Positions 56,028 through 64,000 of a stretch of DNA of 64,000 bases are shown piece after piece. This stretch comes from Felis catus (Eukaryota). The notes beneath the pieces are model-generated. The model was not told where the DNA came from and ran no database searches. It was given only the letters and a program-made list of their open reading frames with translations. A program made the translations under genes and the position numbers. Position 1 is the first letter of the stretch, and the number at the start of each line of letters is the position of its first letter. The DNA is taken from NCBI RefSeq assembly GCF_018350175.1, contig NC_058368.1, positions 93,684,001 to 93,748,000 on the forward strand. The letters run 5' to 3'.

Positions 56028-58870
56028 AGGGTCCTGCCTCAATGTTGATGGCTGCTGAATGCTGCTCAATGAAGGCTGGGGTGGCTGTGTCAATTTCTTA
56101 AAATAAAACAATGTCTCCTGAATGCCTGACTCTTCCTATCAGGCTCTGCAGCATTTTACCCATAGTAGAACTGCTTTCAAAATTCAATCTTCTCTAAGAG
56201 ACTAGAAATCAATTATATATAAATCTTCAGGTACCTCTGAATTATAAGGCAAAGGTTTACATTCAAACTTAACAAAAAATTTTTTTAAATGTTTATTTAT
56301 TTAACATAGAGAGAGAGAAAAAGAGCAGACACGCATGGGAAGGGGCGGAGAGAGAGGGGGACAGAGGATCCAAAGCAGCGTGGACGCTGATAGCAGCGAG
56401 CCCGATGTGGGGCTTGAACTCACCAACCGTGACATCATCCATGACCTGAGCCCAAGTCAGAGGCTTAATCAACTGAGGCAACCAGGTGCTCCTACATTCA
56501 AACTTGTTAAAAGTTCTGCAGTGAAGTCATAATCAAAAACCAAAAAAACAAAACAAAACAAAAAAACCAAAAAACAAAAATTCAATCCTCTCAATTCCTG
56601 CCACCACTTTATCACCTAGGTTTATGTAATATTCTAAATCCTGTGTTTTTGAGGTGCCTGGCTGGCTCAGTCAGTAGAGCATGTGACTCTTGATCTTGGG
56701 GTTGTGAGTTCAAGCCCCATGTTGGGTGTAGAGACTACTTCAAAATAAAATCTTTAAAAAATAGTAATAGATCCTGTGCTGCCATTTCAACAATCTTCAT
56801 AGCACTTTCACCAGGGGTAGATTCCATCTCAAGAAACCACTTTTTTTGCTCATCCATAAGGAGCAACTCCTCATCCGTTCAAGTTTTACCATGAGATTGC
56901 AGGAATTCGGTCACATCTTCAGGCTCCACTTCTAGCTCTCCTGATGTTTCCACTACATCTGCAGGGAATTCCTCCACTGAAGTCTAGGACCCCTCTAGGT
57001 CATCCATGAGAGTTGGAATTAACTTCTTCCAAACTCCTGTGAATGTATTTTGACCTCTTCCCAAGAAACACAGATGGTCTTTGTGGCATCTAGACTGGGG
57101 AATCATTTCCAGAAGGTTTTTATTTTATTTTACCTAGATCCATCAGGGAAATCCCTACTTACGGCAGCTACAGCCTTACAATGCATTTCAATAAGACCTG
57201 AAAGTCAAAATGACTCATTGACCCCTGAGCTGCAGAATGGATGCTGTGTTAGCAGGCATGAAAACAACATTCATCTCATTGTACATCTTCATCTGAGCTC
57301 TTGGGTGACCAAGTACACTGTCAATGAGCAATAATATTTTGAAGGAAATCTTTTCTGAGCAGTTCTCAACAGCGAGCCTAACATATTCAGTAAACCATGT
57401 TGTAAACAGATGTGCTGTCATCCAGTCTTTGTTGTTCCATTTATAGAGCACAGGCAGAGTAGAGTTAGCAGAATTGAGGGCCCTAGGATTTTCAGAAATG
57501 GTAAATGAGGGCCACCTGGATGGCTCAGGGGGGCTAAGTGTCCGACTCATGCTTTTGGCTCAAGTCATGATCTCCCAGTTAGTGAGTTCAAGCTTCACAC
57601 TGGGCTTTGAGTTGACAGCAGAGATTCTGCTTGGGATTCTTGGTCTCCCTCTCTCTCTCAAACATAAATAAATAAACATTTAAAAAAGAGAGAGAGAGAA
57701 ATGGTAAACGAGCACTGGCTTCTACTGAAAGTCACCAACTAGAAAGCTAGGCACTGACTTTTCTCTAGCTGGGAAAGTCATAGGTGGTATTTTCTTCTAG
57801 AAGAAGGCTGTTTTGTCTACACTGAACATTTTTTTAGTGTAGCCACCTTCATGAATTATCTTAGTGAAATCTTCTGGATAACTTGCTGCAGTATCTGTAT
57901 CAGCACCTGCTGCTGCACCTGGTACTTTTATGTTACAAAAATGGCTTCTTTCCTTAAACCTCACGAAGCAACGTCTGCTGGCTTCAAACTTCTCTTCTGC
58001 AGCTTCCTCACCTCCCAGACTTCATAGAAATGAAGGGAGTCTTGCTCTGGATTAGGTTTTGACTTAAGGAAATGTTGTGGCTGAGAACTTTCACCACCAG
58101 CAATAAGGTCGCTGTGCTCTCTATTCATTTATGTGTTCAGTGGAGCAGCACTTTTTAAGTTTTATTTTTACTTAATTAATCTCTAGACCCAACATGAAGC
58201 TCAAACTCACGACCCTGATACCAAGAGTGGCATGCTCTTCCGACTGAGCCAGCCAGGTACCCCCGGGGTAGCACTTTTAATTTCCTTCAAGAACTCTTCC
58301 TCTGCACTCACAACTTGACTGACTGGCACAAGAGATCTAGCTTTTGGCCCGCTAGGCTTTTGACATGCCTTCCTCACCAAGCTTAATCATTTCTAGCTTA
58401 TGATTTAAAGTGACAGATGTGCAAGCTCTTTCCTTTCATTTGAAGGCTGAGAGGCCATTGTAGGGTTCCTAACTGGCCTAATTTCAATATTGTTGTGTCT
58501 CAGGGACTCAGGAGGCCTGAAGAGAGGGATGAGGAGGAACGGCCAGTCAGTGGAGCAGTCACAACACACACATTTAGCAGTTAAGTGCGCCATCTTATAT
58601 GGGCACAGGTTGTCGCGCCCCAAAACAATCTGAATAGTAACGTCAAAGATCACTGATCACGCATCACCATAATGCATGTAACAAAAAAGTCTGAAACACC
58701 GCGAAAATTACCCAAATGTGGAACAGAGACACAAAATAAGCAAACGCTGTTGGAAAAATGGCATCAATAGACTTGCATGACACAGGGATGCCACAAACTT
58801 TCAATCCGTAAAAAATGCAGTATCTGCAAAACACAGTAAACTGAAGTGCAATAAAATGAAGGAACGCCTG
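56028..58870 (-). mobile_element. Tigger1-like (TcMar-Tigger) DNA transposon fossil; one terminus missing, internally deleted, interrupted by SINEs and an orphan insertion
   Basis: ORF 57215..57550 is a DDE transposase fragment ([45 protein letters not shown]). The N-terminal region (MASQPSNERK) lies near 58450. The 5' TIR-like end ...ataaaatgaaggaacgcctg is at 58870. Confidence 0.9.
56195..56576 (+). mobile_element. Orphan poly(A)-tailed retrotransposed insert (non-SINE sequence) with 16-bp TSD, itself split by a SINE
   Basis: TSD aaaattcaatc(t/c)tctc at 56179-56194 and 56577-56592. A-rich tail 56535-56580. Inner SINE 56271-56492 has its own TSD tacattcaaactt. Confidence 0.7.
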
Positions 58871-59557
58871 TTAGCGTTTAAAAAAATGTTTCTGAATGAA
58901 ATATCATTTCCTTACTGGTAAATAACTAAACGGCATTTTTATTTCCTCATTTCTATGTTGTTAGCTTATTTACATCAATAACTTTTCTGAAAAGGCAGCA
59001 AAAATACTGATGTTCAAAAATATCACCTAAGGTTAGGAGATGATGGCATGGACACGTGGCATCAAACTCAAGATCCTATTCCTACTAGTCCTGTGTTCCA
59101 CAGGCAAGTAACAATCTCTCTGAGCTAGTTCTATTTCTGAGAGAGGAACAGTAATGTACTGCAAGCAGTATTTTGCAGGGTTCTTACGAGGGTTAAAGGA
59201 CACGTTATGCGTACCACAGTGACCAAGGCACAATAAACAGTAACCACTTCAAGTCAATTCATTAGATTTAAACAAAAGTGAAGAGGAAAGTAACAGAAGC
59301 TTTCCTCTGAAACTGATTTTCTCTAAAATAAAAACACCTGCCTCCCCTCCATTTTCAAAAGAGTGCACACTGAAAAGAAGGCACTGGGCAATCCTTTCTG
59401 GTTCTTGTCAAGATGTGCTTGCTATTGTGCTTTCGTTTATAATTCTAGTAAGCTTACCTATTCATGATAATTATTAAGTATAAACATGCAATTAATTCCA
59501 AATTTACAACTGGATGCATATTTAGGATAGTTTAAGCTTCCTTGGAGGTTATTAGAC

Positions 59558-59576
59558 AGCGCCATCTAGTGCTCCT
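59558..59576 (-). promoter_or_regulatory. Candidate CTCF binding site in PGGT1B intron 2
   Basis: Minus strand reads AGGAGCACTAGATGGCGCTG, a close match to the CTCF core CCACYAGRKGGCGC, with the CpG retained. Confidence 0.65.
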
Positions 59577-61984
59577 ATTCAGTAGTAGCAGAATAAACTG
59601 GAAGTGTGGTTCAGGTCCCAGAAGAATCAAATGCATAATTTGAAAAAACACAGTACATGCCTCTTGGGTCCTAAGTCAGGTCCACATCAGAACCATCTGA
59701 GTGGGGCATGGACACTCATGTATATTAAAAGAAAAACAATCCCTGTTTGATATACAATTAGAATTGAGAACCACTGATGTGGTGAATGTATCCTCCACTA
59801 TCACAGAGCCACAGTCAAACTAGTTTACTTTGTTACGTGGAAGCTGGTTTAGACAGCAATACATCATAAAAATCCAGGTTACTACAGAAAAATGAAATTG
59901 GGTACATGGGAAGAAAAAGAGAATCAGCAAAAATGGGAGTATGTACAGGGATATAATATGCATGTGTGTTTATATGGGAACATGTAGAGGGATGTGCTTA
60001 TTAGAGAATGTGTTTAGCTGTCTATGGCAAGGGAAAACAATCCTTTGGTCTTTATTTTTTGTGTCTGCACGTGAAAGACAATCATTAAGCTACAAAGCTG
60101 ACTTCTTGATGATTGGAGCATCTCTCAGTTTAAAACAGGGTTTTAGGGGTGCCTGGGTAGCTCAGGTGGTTAAATGCCCGACTCTTGATTTCAGCCCAGG
60201 TCATGATCTCACGTAGAGCCTGCTTAAGATCTTAAGATTCTCTCCCTCTGTCCCTCCTCCACTGGCACGCACTCTCTCTTAAAAGAAAATAAAAAAACTT
60301 TTTTCATGTTTGTTTATTTTTGAGAGAGACAAAGTGCAAGGAGGGGAGGGGCAGAGAGAGAAGAGACAGATCTGAAGCAGGCTCCAGGCTCTGAGCTGTC
60401 AGCACAGAGCCCAATGTGGGACTCAAACTCACGAACGGTGAGATCATGACCTGAGCCGACATCGAAAGCTTAACCAACTGAGCTACCCAGGCACCCCCCC
60501 CAAATATTTTAATTACTTTTTTAATGCTTATTTGGGGGGGGGGTAGAGAGAGAGAGAGGGAGACACAGAATCTGAAGCAGGCTCCAGGCTCTGGGCTGTC
60601 AGCACAGAGCCTGACATGGGGCTGGAACCCACAAGCCTTGAGGTCATGATCTGAGCTGAAATCAGAAGCTTAACCAACTAAGCCACCCAGGCGCCCCCCA
60701 AAATAAAATCTTTAAATCTTAGGGTTTTACTATTAAGCTCATAATAAACACCAACTATATGTCAAACATTATAAAGGCAATATGTTTGGGTATTCTTTAA
60801 ACAAAACAGTTATAAATCTATAAAATGTAAAACCTCAATGGCAGTTTAAAAAGATTTTAGTCACTGAAGCTGCTTTTCATAAGAAAGCAGCATATTACCC
60901 ACTCTTCTAAGAGAAAATTTTATTGTGACATAGAAATTCATTAAAAATTATATTTAGGTACTTCTTATATTAGGTTGTTCTAATAAAGAACAACTCTTGG
61001 GTTACAATCTTCATGCTATTAATAGTGGCCATGCTAGTTAAATATAATTTAAAACCTGATTTGGTCATGTTCTCAATTTTCTCGTCCCCATTTTTTTTAA
61101 ATATATTTTTAAAGTTTATTCATTTATTTTTAGAGACAGAGCAAGCAGGGGAGGGACAGAGAGAGGGAGACAGAGAAACCCATGTAGGCTCTGCACCCTC
61201 AACAAAGAGCCTGATGTTGGGCTCAAACTCAGGAACCATGAGATCATGATCTGGGCCAAGGGTGGATGCTTAACCGAGCCACCCAGGCACCCCTCTAATT
61301 CCCATTTTAACCACTAGGTTTTTGCACTAAGCCAACAACTCTAGTGAGGAACGTGGCAATTTTTTTATGTACAAATGGATGTGTACATTTTATTAGCACA
61401 GAAATAATTCCTCAGAGGTCTCAAGAAACACGTGCAAGGTGAACAAAATATTCTAGAGCCTACAAAATGGGTTTGTAGATCTATTCTCTAAATTTCACAG
61501 ATAAGTTTCAGAGTCAGACCTAGGCCAACTACAGAAAAGGCATCCAACAAATGGATGTTTCATCCAACCAAACAGTAAATGGAGAATTCAGACTTGCAGC
61601 TGGATTGTGAACAGATGTGTGGTGTGGCCTACCAGACACACAGTGAGGGACACTGGACATTTGGGCACATCACCACTGCAGGGCTATCTTTGCAAAAAAT
61701 ATACTTTTTTTAAGGTTTATGTATTTTGATAGAGACAGAGAGATAAACAGAGACAGAGACAGACACAGACAGAACACCAGCAGGGAAGTGGCAGAGAGAG
61801 AAGGAGACAGATAATCTGAAGCAGGCTCTGCACTGGCAGCGTGGAGCCCAATGCAGGGCTCCAACTCGCAAACCATGAGATCATGAGATGAGTTAAAACC
61901 AGGTAGACACTTAACTTACTGAGCCACCCAGGTGTCCCAATCTTTGCAAAAAATTCTTGACCTACAATGCTTCCAAAACCTTCT

Positions 61985-62214
61985 TTTTTTTTTTTTTTAA
62001 TTTTTTTTTTCAACATTTATTTATTTTTTGGGACAGAGAGAGACAGAGCATGAATGGGGGAGGGGCAGAGAGAGAGGGAGATACAGAATCGGAAACAGGC
62101 TCCAGGCTCTGAGCCATCAGCCCAGAGCCTGACGCGGGGCTCGAACTCATGGACCGCGAGATCGTGACCTGGCTGAAGTCGGACGCTTAACTGACTGCGC
62201 CACCCAGGCGCCCC
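61985..62214 (-). mobile_element. Young felid SINE
   Basis: Same diagnostic body. Probable TSD ccaaaac at 61973-61979 and 62215-62221. Confidence 0.92.
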
Positions 62215-62896
62215 CCAAAACAGACATTCTATATAATTTTTTCAATGTACAATATGCTCAGTTGAGCCACATGAGAACTATACTTACACTTGTGAGCATG
62301 TTATCAAACAAAGGCAGCAATGGATTGAAAAATCTAAACGAAATTCTCAACAGAAAAACACACACACGATACACAGAGCATCTATTGTACGGAATCAGTA
62401 CTGGAAATATACAGTAATGGGAATATCAAAGGACTGCAAAACAGAAAACTGTGCTCTAAATTTTCCTCTAGCATTAACTAGTTATACATTATTGTGGACA
62501 AATTATTAATCCCTTTGGATCTTAACATCCTCATTTGTAAAATGACGGACTATAATATTCTTTGCTTTGTTCCAGCTGTGCCCTTAATGAGAAAAGGGAA
62601 TACACAACAGCCAGACTAATCCTTTTTTAAATTAAAAAAATAATTTACTTATTTTGGGGAGAGTGCAAGTTGGGGAGGGGCAAACAGAGGGGGACAGAGG
62701 ATCTGAAGTAGGCTCTGCGTTGACAGGCTGACACCAGTGTGCCCAATGTGGGGCGCAAACTCACAAACCACAAGATCATGACCTGAGCTGAAGTCAGATG
62801 CTCAAGCAACTGAGCTACCCAGGTGCCCCTTTAATTTTTTTTTTTTTTTTTTACTGTTTATTTATTTTAGAGAGAGAATGAGAGAGAATGAGAGAG

Positions 62897-62941
<45 letters not shown>

Positions 62942-64000
62942 GACAGAATCCGAAGCAGGCTACAGGTACAGGCTCTGAGCTGTCCGTACAGAGCCCGACA
63001 CGGCGCTCAAATTCAGCAATTGTGAGATCATGACCTGAGCCCAAGTTGGATGCTTAACTGACTGAGCCAGCGAGACACCCCTCCCTTGTGTTTCTTAAAC
63101 ACTTCTGGAGGTTGATGAGAAGGGCTCCAAATCTCCAATGGTGTGACCACACACTTAGACTGACATACCATTAGGGTCTTTACAACCCCAGAGTTAAGTG
63201 GAAAGCCAGGGTTAATTCTGATTAAATATTCACAATGCACTTAAGGGCCACACATGATGGTCTCCACTAGGGACCTACATACTTCACTAGCAGAGCAGCA
63301 TGGGGACTTGGGAGTCAGAAGCCTGGGATTTCAGTCTGACTCTATCACTTAATATTTCTGTGTGGCCTCGGGCAGGTCTCCTCATCACTCTGCTTCTCAT
63401 TTTCCATTATAAAATTTTAATTAACATATAGCATCATTTCTGCAATAGCAAAATATCAGTATCGGTACATAACCATACAACCTTAAGTTTAGTTTTTTAT
63501 TTTTGTTGTGTTTTGAAGAGGTTAAAGCTTTTCCTAACTTGAATTTTTAAATATAGAAACATGATAAACACTTAAACAGTGCAGATATATAGAATAAAAT
63601 GAAAGTACTACCTAATCCTGCCATCCTCCCATGTCTGTTTCCATCTACCTCCCCCCTACAAAGATTTTCTATATACCCTTACAGAGTTTTTCCTATACAT
63701 TTTTAATCAAAGACTTTTATTAAAACATCTGAGTACATGTTGGCATATATAATTTAACCACAGAAGAACATTTTCAAATCAGTATGTATATACCTAGATC
63801 TACCTCAATCATTTGGCTACTGTGTACTATTCTTGGTAGACCATAGTTGATTTAACTGTTCCACTTTTTTTTTTTAATGTTTTTGTATTTAGTTTGAAGA
63901 TCGAGCATGAGTGGGGGAAGGGCAGAGAGAAAGGGAGACACAGAATGGTAAGCAGGCTTCAGGCTGAGCTGTCAGCACAGAGCCCGACAAGGGGCTTGAG

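Noticed and set aside
57215..57550. Domesticated TIGD-like gene or active transposase
   Set aside because: Frameshifted, internally deleted and interrupted by several SINEs; it is a fossil Tigger1.

Overview
Mammalian (felid) genomic DNA. It carries about 60 carnivore tRNA-derived SINEs (CAN-SINE/SINEC; manual, approximate count), including near-consensus young felid SINEC_Fc-type copies. The only protein-coding gene I can support is PGGT1B (geranylgeranyltransferase type-I beta subunit) on the minus strand. Seven coding exons are present (3-9 by the usual 9-exon numbering; 68+152+133+46+185+109+182 = 875 nt), all with GT-AG junctions and a continuous frame to the stop at 16873. The Zn ligands D269/C271/H321 and K311 are intact. 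Exons 1-2 were not found and presumably lie beyond the right edge. Left of about 14.5 kb is intergenic, repeat-rich sequence. The introns hold L1 and L2 fragments, MaLR/ERVL-type LTRs, a fossil Tigger1 transposon, other Tigger/MER5 elements, microsatellites and a degenerate 13-bp minisatellite. I found no evidence of a new multi-gene biological system. The most unusual observations are an orphan, poly(A)-tailed, TSD-flanked retro-insertion of non-repeat sequence nested in Tigger1, a strong intronic CTCF motif, a weak NAGNAG exon-7 acceptor in an in-frame skippable exon 6+7 block, and tandem repeats born from SINE tails or showing unit switching. Repeat subfamily names and human/rodent comparisons are from memory and need RepeatMasker/BLAST confirmation.
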